The notes: generated from the letters alone by a model not told the origin. Counted from the stretch's first letter, positions 8,438-19,573 are shown. The stretch: 56,039 nt of DNA from Chthonomonadaceae bacterium (GCA_035650735.1 DASRGZ010000193.1:1-56039), one strand, 5' to 3'. Made by a program: numbers and translations.

Positions 8438-11098
8438 TCACTTATCCGGGAAAGGCCCGGCAGGCTTGGCGCTGATAATCGGCAGCTCTTCTATAGTCAG
8501 GTCGGCTCCATCGTGCGGGGGACGGAGCGGCAGCAGGATGCTGAAACACGTTCCGAACCCGACACGGCTATCTACGTCCACACGTCCACCATGATAATCC
8601 ACGATCTTTTGCACGATGGATAGGCCCAATCCCGTGCCCTTCGTCTTGGTGGTAAAAAACGGCTGGAAAATCCGCTTCAGATCCGCTCTCGGAATGCCGA
8701 CGCCCGTATCCCGGAAGCGTATCGCCAGTAAGTTCGTGTCGGGATCATACTCGGCGGAGAGGGTTAGAGAGCCGCCTTCAGGCATGGCCTGCACGGCGTT
8801 CATAACAATGTTACGCACCACCTGGCCAAGCAGAATCGGGTCGCCCAGGAGCTCCGGCAAGCCCTCCGTCACGTTCCAATGCACTTCGACTCGATTTTCA
8901 TCCAGAAAGGCGGCCAGGGATTGCACGGCCCCGGTCAGAAACTCCAACACGGCCAGCGGGCGCGGGTCCAGTAGCGTAGGACGCGCAAAATCCAGCATCT
9001 CGCTGGTCAGGCGTTCGAGGTCGTCCACTTCTTTGATGATAATATCTGCCATTTCAGTGGAACTGCTCTGCGCCTCCATTTCCGCGCGGATAAGCTGCGC
9101 GGAGCCTTTCATGGGGGTAAGGGCGTTGCGAACCTCGTGGGCCATTTTGGCTGCCAGTTGGCCGATGTCGGCCAAGCGGCGCATCTTCTCCACCTCCGCC
9201 TCCAGCCGCACCTCCTGGGTCATGTCCTCAAAGCTCAACACCGCACCCGCATTATGGTCCATTAGGCGCGACATGGTCAGGTTCAGCGCCATCGGCTCCC
9301 GGCCCTGCGGGTGCAGCATCAGCTTGTGCAGGTGGATGCGCTCGCCCGTCTCGATGACCCGCCAGATCATGCGCAGCAGGTGCTCGCGCTCCGTATCCGG
9401 CAGGCCCATTTGCGTGATGAGGTCGGCGATGGAGGCATCCCGGAACGCCGCCGCCGGCTGCCGCAGCGTCTCCTCCGCCGCCGGATTGTGCCGGGTGATG
9501 CGGCCCTGCGCATCCGTAGAGACGATCCCGGCGCCGATGGAGTGGAGCACGCTATCGGTGTAGCTCTTCCGCTCCTGAACTTCCGTATGCAGGCGCGCGT
9601 TCTCGATGGCGATGCCCGCCTGGTTGACAAAAGCGCAGAGCAGGCTCTGTTGTTCTCTAGAGATGGGATCGCGCCGGCCCTTGTTATCGGCGACCACCAC
9701 GCCGAGACAGCGTTTCTGGCTCGTCAGGATGGGCACGATGATGAAGGCTTGCGTGCCCAGTGAGCGAGCAAACCCTTTATGCTGAAGATAATCGCGCTCC
9801 CGCGCCCGTTCCGGCGACACCGGCTGACGCGCATCGAAGACGATTATCTCCTTGTTCCGTGCGGCAGTCCCCACGGCGCCCTCGCCATCGCGCACGGGCT
9901 GGGGAATGGTATCCGGATAACCCCGCCAGACGCGCGGCACATAGGCGGCTCGGTGCAGATCACGCCCCTCTACCATATACAGGCAGCAACGCCCGAAGCC
10001 GACCCCGTTGCAAATATCATCGGCCACATGCGAGAGCAGCTCGTCCAGGTCGAGCGTGGAGATCAGCACGCTCGACAGCTCCGAGATAGTTTGCAGTTCG
10101 GAGGCGCTGCGCTTCAGGTCGGCATAGAGGCGCACGTTGGTCAGGGCCAGCGCCGCCTGCGTGGCAAACACCGAGAACAGCTTCAGGTCGTCGTCGGTAA
10201 AATCCGGAGCGGGACGGCGGCGGCGAATGGAGAGGACGCCCAGAACGCGGCCCTCCTGGTTCTTCATCGGCACCAGCATCGAGGAGCCGATCTCCGGGCG
10301 CAGCCTCACGCCCTCCAGGCGCGGATCGCGCGTCGCATCCAGGATCAGCATTGGCTGATCAGCTTGCGCGACCCGGCCCGCGATCCCCTCCCCGATCCGC
10401 TGCTCGTGCTCCAGAGCGTTCTCCGGCAGCCCGTGGCTGGCCGCAACCCGCAGCGTGCCCGTCTCCTCATGCACCAGCATCAGGGAGCAAGCCTGGGCGT
10501 CCATCAGCAGCGCGGCCCGGTCTGTGATCAACTGCAATAGTTGCTTGAGATCGATCTGATCTATGGCCTGACCGATCTCGTAGATGGCAGCCACCTCGCT
10601 AATACGCCGCTGGGCGCGCTTCTCCGACTCTTCCACACGCTGGATCAGCCTCTCCTGATCCAGCAGCATCGCTAGCGGCGTGATAGCGGTGGCGAGCTGC
10701 TCCTGCGTGGCGGGGGAATCGGGCCGAAGCACGAAGGTGATCTGGCCGCGCGGGCCGAATTTGCACTCCAGCGGGCAGATATGCACCTGCCACCGGTTCT
10801 CCAGCAGCCGATGCGGCACCCCGGAGTGAGCCGCCGCTGCCGCCAGCGCCTCGGCTTCGCCGCAGGACTGGTAATAGGTGGCGCCGCGCACCAGCTCAAG
10901 CGCCAGGGCTTCCACGCCCAGATAGGTATGCAGCACCCCATAGAGGGCCTGCAGGGCCTCCTCGCTGGTGTGCGCTGCTCCGACTTCGCGCACCACGCAC
11001 GACAGCGCCTGCTGGAAGCGTGTGTCCGACGTCTCTTGCGGTGAGGTGTTTTGGGTCGGTGCCAGTGGAAGGGTATTAGGTGTGGCGGCGCTGCTCAT
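8438..11098 (-). CDS. Cytoplasmic sensor histidine kinase GAF-GAF-PAS-HisKA-HATPase
   Basis: H-box MAHEVRNAL; N-box NIVMNAVQA; DTGVGI; FFTTK; GTGLGL; two GAF domains; start could be further upstream (ORF open to 11242). Confidence 0.92.
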   Translation of the reverse strand: MSSAATPNTLPLAPTQNTSPQETSDTRFQQALSCVVREVGAAHTSEEALQALYGVLHTYLGVEALALELVRGATYYQSCGEAEALAAAAAHSGVPHRLLENRWQVHICPLECKFGPRGQITFVLRPDSPATQEQLATAITPLAMLLDQERLIQRVEESEKRAQRRISEVAAIYEIGQAIDQIDLKQLLQLITDRAALLMDAQACSLMLVHEETGTLRVAASHGLPENALEHEQRIGEGIAGRVAQADQPMLILDATRDPRLEGVRLRPEIGSSMLVPMKNQEGRVLGVLSIRRRRPAPDFTDDDLKLFSVFATQAALALTNVRLYADLKRSASELQTISELSSVLISTLDLDELLSHVADDICNGVGFGRCCLYMVEGRDLHRAAYVPRVWRGYPDTIPQPVRDGEGAVGTAARNKEIIVFDARQPVSPERARERDYLQHKGFARSLGTQAFIIVPILTSQKRCLGVVVADNKGRRDPISREQQSLLCAFVNQAGIAIENARLHTEVQERKSYTDSVLHSIGAGIVSTDAQGRITRHNPAAEETLRQPAAAFRDASIADLITQMGLPDTEREHLLRMIWRVIETGERIHLHKLMLHPQGREPMALNLTMSRLMDHNAGAVLSFEDMTQEVRLEAEVEKMRRLADIGQLAAKMAHEVRNALTPMKGSAQLIRAEMEAQSSSTEMADIIIKEVDDLERLTSEMLDFARPTLLDPRPLAVLEFLTGAVQSLAAFLDENRVEVHWNVTEGLPELLGDPILLGQVVRNIVMNAVQAMPEGGSLTLSAEYDPDTNLLAIRFRDTGVGIPRADLKRIFQPFFTTKTKGTGLGLSIVQKIVDYHGGRVDVDSRVGFGTCFSILLPLRPPHDGADLTIEELPIISAKPAGPFPDK

Positions 11099-11304
11099 GG
11101 CGGATCCTGTCCCAAGCGTTTCGGATAAAAAAGCGTTCTCTCGGCTTGCCCTGTCCGCTTGCCAGGCTGCGGCGAGGGGACGACCGGGCCTCCTGCCGCA
11201 AAGGCGTCCGAGATTATAGCATACTAAGCTATCGGCAGGCAATGTATTTAGGTTTAGGGAGAGCGCAATAAATTACAACAGTTCTTGCCCAACTTCCTCT
11301 GCCC

Positions 11305-11360
11305 TTGACAGGGGGGCCTTCGTTCTCCTATAATGGCACAGAGATAGCAGCAACGTTTTC
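11305..11360 (+). promoter_or_regulatory. sigma-70 promoter TTGACA-N18-TATAAT plus a LacI-type operator-like site AGCAACGTTTTC (11349-11360)
   Basis: Consensus hexamers; imperfect AACGTT-centred palindrome just after the predicted start site. Confidence 0.7.
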
Positions 11361-11455
11361 CGCCTCGGCTGGCCGCGCCTTATGGACGCCAGGAGGGGAG
11401 GAAGGGCCGCCGCGCACGCAGGCGGCATCTAGCAGAAGAGGGTGAAAGAAAGTCT

Positions 11456-12604
<1,149 letters not shown>

Positions 12605-12612
12605 GGAACCCA

Positions 12613-12858
12613 GCCCTTCTTACCTAACCCCCGTCCCCGCCCGGCCTCGCGACGGCCTTGTCGGGCGCTTCGACAAGATCGCCCCTTCTTACCTAACCCC
12701 CGTCCCCGCCCGGCCCTAAAGGACCGGGCTGTGGGCGGCAAGCCCCCTGAAGGGGGCTAACCTTCCTTCTTATAGCTCCTATAGGGGACTAACCCACCCC
12801 TCGTAGCCCGCTTGAGCGGGCTTGCCGTCCGCAGCCCACTCGTTTACGGGTGGGGCTG
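12613..12858. repeat. ~33-bp direct repeat (CCCTTCTTACCTAACCCCCGTCCCCGCCCGGCC x2) plus inverted family A REP-like pair (12707-12759, 12804-12858)
   Basis: Direct inspection; homologous to 3478-3671. Confidence 0.7.
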
Positions 12859-12888
12859 CCAAGCGGTTATCTGCGCGGAGGAATGCGC

Positions 12889-13503
12889 ATGGAAGCCAAG
12901 GCGCAGGCAAAACCAAATCCGATCCTGTGGGAACTGCCGGAGGAGCTGGTCGGCGAGCGTGTGCTGGTGCGCCGCTACCGCCCTGGCGACGGCGCGGCGA
13001 TGTGGGAGGCTATCGAGGAGTCACGCGAGCATCTGCGCCCCTGGCTGCCCTGGGTGGGGCAGCACCAATCGCCTGCCGACTCGGAAGCCTACGTGCGCCG
13101 GGCGGGCGCGCGGTGGCAGTTGCGCGAAGACTTCTCTATGGGCCTTTGGGCGCTCGCAACGGGTCGGTTCCTCGGCGGATCGGGCCTGCACGCCAGCGAT
13201 GTTGAAGTTCCCTCGTTTGAGATCGGCTACTGGCTGCGCCCCTCGGCGGTCGGGCATGGCTACATGACGGAGGCCGTGCGGCTGCTCTGCCGCCTGGCTT
13301 TTGAGACGTTGGCCGCCAACCGCGTCTTTATCCGCTGCGATTCCCGCAACGCGCGCAGCGCCGCCATCCCACGCCGCCTCGGCTTCCTCCACGAGGGTAC
13401 TCTCCGCAACGACCACCGGGATACCTCCGGCGAATTGTTTGATACGCTCGTCTTCGCCCTTACCTCACAGGACTACGCCAACCTGCCAGAGCCCGACAAA
13501 TAA
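12889..13503 (+). CDS. GNAT N-acetyltransferase, RimJ/RimL family
   Basis: EIGYWL...GHGYMTEA; N.RS..IPRRLGF.HEG; GGAGG SD 7 nt before ATG 12889. Confidence 0.9.
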   Translation: MEAKAQAKPNPILWELPEELVGERVLVRRYRPGDGAAMWEAIEESREHLRPWLPWVGQHQSPADSEAYVRRAGARWQLREDFSMGLWALATGRFLGGSGLHASDVEVPSFEIGYWLRPSAVGHGYMTEAVRLLCRLAFETLAANRVFIRCDSRNARSAAIPRRLGFLHEGTLRNDHRDTSGELFDTLVFALTSQDYANLPEPDK

Positions 13504-13505
13504 GA

Positions 13506-13686
13506 ATCCACCGATTACGCAGATTAACACCGATTAAGGTAAAAACCTAAACACGGATGGGAGGGATTAGACGGATAACACGGATAAGCAAGCCCCATTT
13601 TCCTTTATCCGTGTCACCCATGTCATCCGTCCCATCCGTGTTTCTCTGTGTCTTTTAATCTGGGATAATCGGTGTGATCTGTGGAT
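13506..13686. repeat. Nested inverted repeat built from ~9-nt units with a C[ACG]GAT core (family D)
   Basis: Outer arms ATCCACCGATTAC.../...GTGATCTGTGGAT; inner arms 13549-13587 and 13605-13643. Confidence 0.75.
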
Positions 13687-13690
13687 CGTT

Positions 13691-13891
13691 TCATCGAGCG
13701 CGCTTGCGAGGGGTGCGCTGCTTTTCGCTGGGGCGCACCAGCCCCTCGGGGAGCAGCGCCTCCTTCGCCCTCTGTGTCAGTTGGTCGAGCGCCTCCGCCG
13801 GCTGTGTCCCCTTCGCCTCATCGGCGGAGATGCCGTAGCGACGAAAGAGGGACCGCCAGCGGCGGTCGCGGTTCTCCGGCATAATACCCAT
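13691..13891 (-). CDS. Small hypothetical protein (66 aa)
   Basis: Strong SD GGAGAGGAGG before ATG 13891. Confidence 0.6.
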   Translation of the reverse strand: MGIMPENRDRRWRSLFRRYGISADEAKGTQPAEALDQLTQRAKEALLPEGLVRPSEKQRTPRKRAR

Positions 13892-14046
13892 GATGTTTCC
13901 TCCTCTCCATCCGATGCCATGACAAACGCTTCGTGCGGGATACACTACTGGACGCCGCGACGCCAGGCCCGGTTTCGCTTTTTCCGAAGAGTGTCAGGAT
14001 AGAGCTGGCCGGGATGCGGCAGCACTGCCGGACGTGCAGGAACGCA

Positions 14047-14075
14047 TTGACAGGTCGGCTTGGACATGCTATAAT
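14047..14075 (+). promoter_or_regulatory. Consensus sigma-70 promoter of tRNA-Ser
   Basis: TTGACA-N17-TATAAT with extended -10 TG. Confidence 0.85.
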
Positions 14076-14193
14076 TTTGTGCGGAAATCAGGCTGAAATC
14101 GCCTATCTGCCGGCTCGGCCCCCAGCAAATCCCTGCCGGCGGCAATTTAGGATGAGGCTGGTTTCCACAGGACTGGATTCGGAGCCGCTACGG

Positions 14194-14283
14194 GGAGTGA
14201 TGTCCGAGTTGGTCTAAGGAGCACGACTGGAAATCGTGTAGCGGGCCAACACCCGCTCGAGGGTTCGAATCCCTCTCACTCCG
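14194..14283 (+). tRNA. tRNA-Ser (anticodon GGA), CCA not encoded
   Basis: Acceptor GGAGTGA/TCACTCC; anticodon arm CACGA-CTGGAAA-TCGTG; long variable arm; GGTTCGAATCC. Confidence 0.97.
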
Positions 14284-14317
14284 TACTCAAGCTCGTCTTC
14301 AGGCCGCGTGATCAAGC

Positions 14318-14363
14318 CGGAGGGACGGAGGCGTTCTCAAATGCGCTCCCGTCCCTCCGCTTT
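14318..14363 (+). terminator. Stem-loop after tRNA-Ser
   Basis: CGGAGGGACGG/CCGTCCCTCCG followed by CTTT. Confidence 0.55.
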
Positions 14364-14413
14364 CCCTTCGGTTTGCGGTTATTGCGGGTGCGCGCTCCCA
14401 CTGTATCTTACCC

Positions 14414-15925
14414 ATGCGCGCCAGGGAGGAGCCTTTGCCAAATCCTCTGCTCAATCGTGTGCCTGTACGTACCATCCTGCGCCTCGTTCTCCTGGCCCTT
14501 GCGCTGCCCTGCGTTTACTTCGGCGGGGCCAGCGGGGCCTTCTTCTATCGCTATCGCATTCTCAATACATCCCAATCTCTCTCGCATCTGCCGCTCATGG
14601 CGGCGCCGACACAGGCTACCCGCCTGATGATCTTTGCGCCCCACTGCGACGATGAGACGTTGGGCTGTGCCGGGCTGATCCAGCAGACGCTGGCGGCGGG
14701 CGGAGCCGTGCGCGCGGTCCTGCTGACCAATGGGGACGGCTTCCCTGCAGCCGTAGCGCATCAGGTGCGCGATGTGCGCGTCGGGCCTGGTGACTATATC
14801 CAGTTCGCCGCCCTGCGCCAGCAAGAGTCCTACCGCGCCCTGGCCTCCCTGGGCCTGCGCCGCAAGGATGTGCTGTTCCTCGGCTATCCCGATCAGGGGC
14901 TGATGTCTCTCTGGAACGACCACTGGACGCCCAACCAGCCCTATACCTCCCGCTATACGCGCTGCAGCCGCTCGCCCTATGCCGTTACCTTCGACCCGGG
15001 GGCAATCTACTGCGGGCGCGATCTGCTGGAGGATATCAAGGCAGCCCTGCGCGCGTTTCGCCCGACGCTAGTGACCGTGACGCACCCGGCCGAAGACCAT
15101 GGCGACCACGCCGCCGCCCCGGCCTTCGTGATGCGCGCCCTCCAGGAATTGCAGGCCGATCCCCACGACTCCGTCTGGGCCCGCCGCACGCAGTTGAAGC
15201 ACTATCTGATTCATCGTGGCGACTGGCCGCTGCCGCAGGGCCGAGACTTAACCGAGCGTCTGGTCCCGCCCGCCGAAATGGCGCATCTGGACACGCATTG
15301 GACGCTGCTGCCCCTCACCCCGGCCCAAACGCGGCGCAAGGTGCGCACAATCGAGCTCTATGCCAGCCAGACGGCCATGATGCGGCGGTTCCTGATGTCC
15401 TTTGCCCGCACCACCGAGCTTTACGGCGACCTGCCGCCCACACACCTGGCGACCGTGCCCGACGGCGCGATCCGCGTGGACGCCAACGTCGGAGAGTGGG
15501 AGAAGCTGCCGCCCGCACTGCTCGATCCGGTGCGGGATAACGTCCTGCGCGACCTACAGGGCGGCGGAGACATCCGCGCCCTCTACGCTTGCCGGGATAG
15601 CCGCACGCTCTATCTGCGCCTGGATACGCGTCAGCCCATCGCCGGGCGCATCGCCTATGTGCTCTACCTGCGGCCTTTCGGCCCACACGGGGAAACTGGC
15701 CCGGCAGCCTGCACCGTAACATTTCATCCCAGCGGCGTGCGGACGCGACTTGCCGACGGCGTGCGGGCCGCCGCACGAGGACGCACGCTGGAAGTCGCCG
15801 TGCCCTGGAAGAACCTTCTGCGCGATCTGCCGGGAGGAGAGATGCGAACGCTGGCGGTGAGCGCCAGCACCACCCTGGCGGGTGTCCTCATTGATAGAAC
15901 GGGCGTGCGCTTCCTGAATCTGTAA
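14414..15925 (+). CDS. PIG-L/LmbE family deacetylase with N-terminal membrane anchor and C-terminal beta-sandwich (possibly carbohydrate-binding)
   Basis: APHCDDE motif; LTNGD; FLGYPD; HxxEDHGDH. Confidence 0.85.
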   Translation: MRAREEPLPNPLLNRVPVRTILRLVLLALALPCVYFGGASGAFFYRYRILNTSQSLSHLPLMAAPTQATRLMIFAPHCDDETLGCAGLIQQTLAAGGAVRAVLLTNGDGFPAAVAHQVRDVRVGPGDYIQFAALRQQESYRALASLGLRRKDVLFLGYPDQGLMSLWNDHWTPNQPYTSRYTRCSRSPYAVTFDPGAIYCGRDLLEDIKAALRAFRPTLVTVTHPAEDHGDHAAAPAFVMRALQELQADPHDSVWARRTQLKHYLIHRGDWPLPQGRDLTERLVPPAEMAHLDTHWTLLPLTPAQTRRKVRTIELYASQTAMMRRFLMSFARTTELYGDLPPTHLATVPDGAIRVDANVGEWEKLPPALLDPVRDNVLRDLQGGGDIRALYACRDSRTLYLRLDTRQPIAGRIAYVLYLRPFGPHGETGPAACTVTFHPSGVRTRLADGVRAAARGRTLEVAVPWKNLLRDLPGGEMRTLAVSASTTLAGVLIDRTGVRFLNL

Positions 15926-16009
15926 GCGCGGCGCCTCGGAATAAATGTCCTACCTCGGCCGTCTCTCTGCAAAAGGGAAGGGAGCGGGAAGGCGGGGCAG
16001 AGATAAGTT

Positions 16010-16648
16010 ATGCGACTGGGTATCATGGGCGGGACTTTCGACCCGATCCACTACGCACATCTCTTTATTGCCGAGGAGGCGCGGGCGCGCTTTGCGCTCG
16101 ACCGCGTCCTGTTTATTCCCAACGGGGACCCGCCGCACAAGAAGGATTATGAGATCACTCCCGCCCGACATCGCTACGCGATGGCATTGATAGCCACCTA
16201 TAATAACCCGGCGTTTGATTGCTCCCCAATGGAGATACAGCGGCCCGGCCCCTCCTACACGGTAGACACGCTCCGGCTGCTGCGCCGGCAGTATCCAGAG
16301 GCGGAACTTTTTTATCTGACGGGCGTAGACGCGGTTGCGGAGATACTCACCTGGAGGCAGCCGGAAGAGGTCCTCGAAATGGCGACCTTCCTGGCGGCTC
16401 TGCGCCCCGGCTATGATCTCAAGACGCTCCAGGAGCGGCTGCCCCACGCCTACCTGAAGCGCATCCTCCTGCTGGGCTCGACGCCGCTGGGCATCTCCTC
16501 GACGGAGATACGCGAGCGCCTCCACCAGAACCTGCCCGTGCGCTACCTGCTCCCGGACGGCGTGCTGGAGTATATCTACAAGCACAACCTCTATGCGGCA
16601 GCGAGCGCGGGGCCAAACGTACCGAATGCAAGGGAGACGACAGATTGA
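16010..16648 (+). CDS. nadD: Nicotinate-nucleotide adenylyltransferase
   Basis: GGTFDPIHYAH, PPHK, SYTVDTL, ISSTEIR. Confidence 0.96.
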   Translation: MRLGIMGGTFDPIHYAHLFIAEEARARFALDRVLFIPNGDPPHKKDYEITPARHRYAMALIATYNNPAFDCSPMEIQRPGPSYTVDTLRLLRRQYPEAELFYLTGVDAVAEILTWRQPEEVLEMATFLAALRPGYDLKTLQERLPHAYLKRILLLGSTPLGISSTEIRERLHQNLPVRYLLPDGVLEYIYKHNLYAAASAGPNVPNARETTD

Positions 16649-17133
16649 CCAACGACATCGAAGAGCGGGAGCCGGACGCGACGGAGATGGAGGAGCAGGA
16701 CGCGGAGGCCGCGCCGCCGCTTGCCGGGGAGATAACCTCTGAAGAGAAGGTGCGCATTATGGCCGCCGCCGCCGATTCCGTGCGCGCTTCGGATATCGTC
16801 GTGCTGGATCTGCGCGACCTGACCATTATCACCGATTTCTTCCTGATCTGTACGGGCAACTCCAGCATCCAGATACGCGCCATCGCCGACCGGATCGAGG
16901 AGAAACTGCGCGAGCGAGGAATCCGTAAGAGTCGAATAGAGGGCTACCAGGAAGCGACCTGGATTCTGCTCGACTATGGCGACGTGGTGGCCCATGTCAT
17001 GGCGGCGGAGCAGCGCGCCTTCTATAACCTGGAAGGCTTCTGGGCCAACGCCCCGCGTCTGGAGTTGAATCTGAGGCCGGAGATGGAGATAGCGGTTCAT
17101 ACCCATCCTCCTGGCCGCTTCGAGGCTCGATAG
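16645..17133 (+). CDS. rsfS: Ribosome silencing factor (Iojap)
   Basis: DIVVLDL...DFFLICTG; WILLDYGDVVAHV; R.FYNLE; typical position after nadD. Confidence 0.95.
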   Translation: MTNDIEEREPDATEMEEQDAEAAPPLAGEITSEEKVRIMAAAADSVRASDIVVLDLRDLTIITDFFLICTGNSSIQIRAIADRIEEKLRERGIRKSRIEGYQEATWILLDYGDVVAHVMAAEQRAFYNLEGFWANAPRLELNLRPEMEIAVHTHPPGRFEAR

Positions 17134-17202
17134 TCTCACCGGGCCTTTCAACCCTGGAAAGGCATAGCGGGCGGCACGCCGTCGTCCCTGGAGGCGCTTG
17201 CG

Positions 17203-18075
17203 ATGGAAAATGCGGATACAACGCAGAGGATGAACGCAGGGAACAAACCGGACACGCCCGCTTCCACCGGCAGCGCGCCGCACGTTTCCGCGCCCGCCCC
17301 GCCTGCCACCCTCTCTGCCGACTCCCTTGCTGCCGCTGCCGCTAATCTGGCGACGTCCGCTACCCTCGCCAAAGCCCAATCTGCCGCCAGCCTCTCGCTC
17401 AACCTGCCAGAGTTCCGGGAGTCGTCGCCGCAGGAGATCCAGCGGGCCGAGCAACTGCTGCGGGAGGCGAACCTGTTGCGCCGTCGTGAAAAGTATCGCG
17501 AGGCGGAGGCGAAGTGCCGGGAGGCCCTGGCGCTGGTTCCCAAAGACGCGGCAGCCCTAGAGCTGCTGGGCGACCTGCTTCAGGGCGTGGCGCGGGTGGA
17601 CGAGGCGTTGGCGGCCTACAAACGCGCTACCGAGGCCGATCCAAAACGCGCTACCGCCGAGCGCAAGTACGCCGACCTGCTGATGCGCCAGCAAAATTGG
17701 GCCGCGATTGATCTGGAGGCGGTGCAAAAGAAGCCCTGGGTGTCCGTCCTACTGTCCCTGCTGCTGCCGGGCGCCGGGCAGATTCACAACGGGGAAACGA
17801 TCAAGGGGCTGCTGCTGATAGCGGGGACGGCCCTGTGTTTCCTGGGCTGGATACTGTTCGGCAGCCTGGGTGCACCTGTCACGTCCGGCGCAAAGCAGCC
17901 GGCCCCAGCGCCGAAAGCCTCTCGACGCGGGCAAGCCATCAATTGGGGCACGATGATCCCCCTCGTTATCGGCAGCGCGATCTATATCTACGCGCTGATA
18001 GACGCCAACGCCGGAGCCCAGCGTGCGAGCTTCCTCGGCGCCCGTGTCGGCGGCAAGACCGGATGGGAAGTCTAA
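17203..18075 (+). CDS. TPR-repeat membrane protein with TM2-like C-terminal region
   Basis: TPR helices; LSLLLPGAGQIHNG motif; C-terminal hydrophobic helices. Confidence 0.75.
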   Translation: MENADTTQRMNAGNKPDTPASTGSAPHVSAPAPPATLSADSLAAAAANLATSATLAKAQSAASLSLNLPEFRESSPQEIQRAEQLLREANLLRRREKYREAEAKCREALALVPKDAAALELLGDLLQGVARVDEALAAYKRATEADPKRATAERKYADLLMRQQNWAAIDLEAVQKKPWVSVLLSLLLPGAGQIHNGETIKGLLLIAGTALCFLGWILFGSLGAPVTSGAKQPAPAPKASRRGQAINWGTMIPLVIGSAIYIYALIDANAGAQRASFLGARVGGKTGWEV

Positions 18076-18094
18076 CCGACCCCCCGGCCCTATA

Positions 18095-18266
18095 GCGGCA
18101 GGCTGAACCCTGCCGCTCGGGAGCGCAAGGCGCTCGTCGCCCACCTACGTGGGCGAGGCTTTCTGCCCGCGTAGGTGTCGCTAGGCGGAGGAACGAGCGT
18201 GCGCAGTTCCGACCCTAGCAGAGCAGGCCGTAGGCCCCACAGCGGCAGGGTTTAGCCTGCCGCTAC
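18095..18266. repeat. Family C palindromic element carrying a 47-nt element at 18175-18221
   Basis: Arms GCGGCAGGCTGAACCCTGCCGCT / AGCGGCAGGGTTTAGCCTGCCGC; internal CGCCCACCTACGTGGGCG; homologous to 27098-27252. Confidence 0.75.
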
Positions 18267-18277
18267 AACCGGGAAGC

Positions 18278-18823
18278 TTAAAACCTGCGTTTCAGCCCGG
18301 TGAAGACGAGGTCTGCGAGAGAGTGCATCGTCCCGGCAAGGATAAAGCCGGCGAGGAGGGCCATCGTCCACTTCGGGTGGGCCTGCGCGTAACTGAAGAG
18401 AGACTGCCATTCGGCGCGCGTGGTGGCGTTGGGATTGAGAGGATGGTGCGCGTAGTGTCCATAGATCCATAGGCCGCCCCAGAGCAGCAGCGTGCAGATA
18501 AGTGCCAGGTAGAGCAGGCGGATGATGCCCCCGGCGATCAGTCCGTGTGAAACCCAGGAGCGGTGCGGCACGAGCTTCTGGTAGGGCAGCCAGAGGAACC
18601 GCAGCGGCCCCCAGCGCCGATACTCTTTCGATTTCAGATCCAGGTCACCCGCACAGGCGTACCCGGCAAACAGATAGGAGACCGTAAACAGGATAGCTAA
18701 TTTGGTATCCGGGTGCGGCGCCATCCGAAAATAGGCCACATTTGCCCCGGCTGCTGTCACCAGCGTAATCAAATCATGCGTCTGCGCGTTGGGCACGAGA
18801 GAGTGGCACCCTTTCTTTGCCAT
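18278..18823 (-). CDS. DUF2227-like putative metal-binding membrane protein
   Basis: THD near N-terminus; DLD; RWGPLRFLWLPY; HRSWVSHG; H..AD near C-terminus. Confidence 0.8.
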   Translation of the reverse strand: MAKKGCHSLVPNAQTHDLITLVTAAGANVAYFRMAPHPDTKLAILFTVSYLFAGYACAGDLDLKSKEYRRWGPLRFLWLPYQKLVPHRSWVSHGLIAGGIIRLLYLALICTLLLWGGLWIYGHYAHHPLNPNATTRAEWQSLFSYAQAHPKWTMALLAGFILAGTMHSLADLVFTGLKRRF

Positions 18824-18838
18824 TTTTAGAGAGCACAG

Positions 18839-19573
18839 TCACTTGTTGCGGATGAGCGCTACGCGGTAGAATAGACTGCGCCGCAGCTCAACCTCCCGGC
18901 CCACGCACAGGCCAATACGCTCCACCATCGCCCGGTACTCGTCCACTAGGTAGGCACGCAGGACAGAAGCCGGGCCATCGTGCCGGGTAAGGCGGTTCAT
19001 GCCCGCGACGGCGGTAATGGCCCGAATCAGATACCAGGCGGACCAGGCCCGCCGGATGTCGTTGACCAGCCAGCCGCGCCGTGCCACGCGCTCCATCTCC
19101 CGCAGCGCCGCCACGCATCCCTCAAACCCAAAATGGTGGAAGGCCAGCGAGCAGAGGACGTAATCAACGCTCGCATCGGCGCAGGGCAGGCAAAACGCAT
19201 TGCCGCGCGCCAGGCGGATAGTGGGCCGATGCCCGACCTCTTCCCGCGCCAGCCGCAGGATCGGCGCGCTGAAATCCAATCCCAGCACGCGCGCCGGAAC
19301 GCCCCTCCGCTCTGCCACCTTCAGGATCGCCTCCGGGATGTCACCGGAACCCGTCGCCACATCCAGAAACGCCACCGGCTCCTGAGAGGGCGCCGCCTGC
19401 GCCAGCCAGCGCTTTACCTGCCTGGTGACGACCGCCGTGCCCCCCAGGTAGCGGTTGGCCCGGCGCACATCCCCCATGCTGGCCCGGAAGTCCTCGTAAG
19501 GCTGGCTCGCGTCGTCAATTAGCTCCGGCTCATCAATGCGCGGCGGCGTATCGAAGGCAAGCGAGAAACGCAT
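18839..19573 (-). CDS. Class I SAM-dependent methyltransferase
   Basis: FLDVATGSGD; SLAFHHF; NDIRR; HDGPASV. Confidence 0.88.
   Translation of the reverse strand: MRFSLAFDTPPRIDEPELIDDASQPYEDFRASMGDVRRANRYLGGTAVVTRQVKRWLAQAAPSQEPVAFLDVATGSGDIPEAILKVAERRGVPARVLGLDFSAPILRLAREEVGHRPTIRLARGNAFCLPCADASVDYVLCSLAFHHFGFEGCVAALREMERVARRGWLVNDIRRAWSAWYLIRAITAVAGMNRLTRHDGPASVLRAYLVDEYRAMVERIGLCVGREVELRRSLFYRVALIRNK

Noticed and set aside
13506..13686. Possible CRISPR or iteron array
   Set aside because: Units are ~9 nt, degenerate and arranged as inverted arms without spacers.
14194..14283. tRNA-Ser or tRNA-Arg as integration site of an island
   Set aside because: No integrase and no duplicated tRNA 3' end found in the window.
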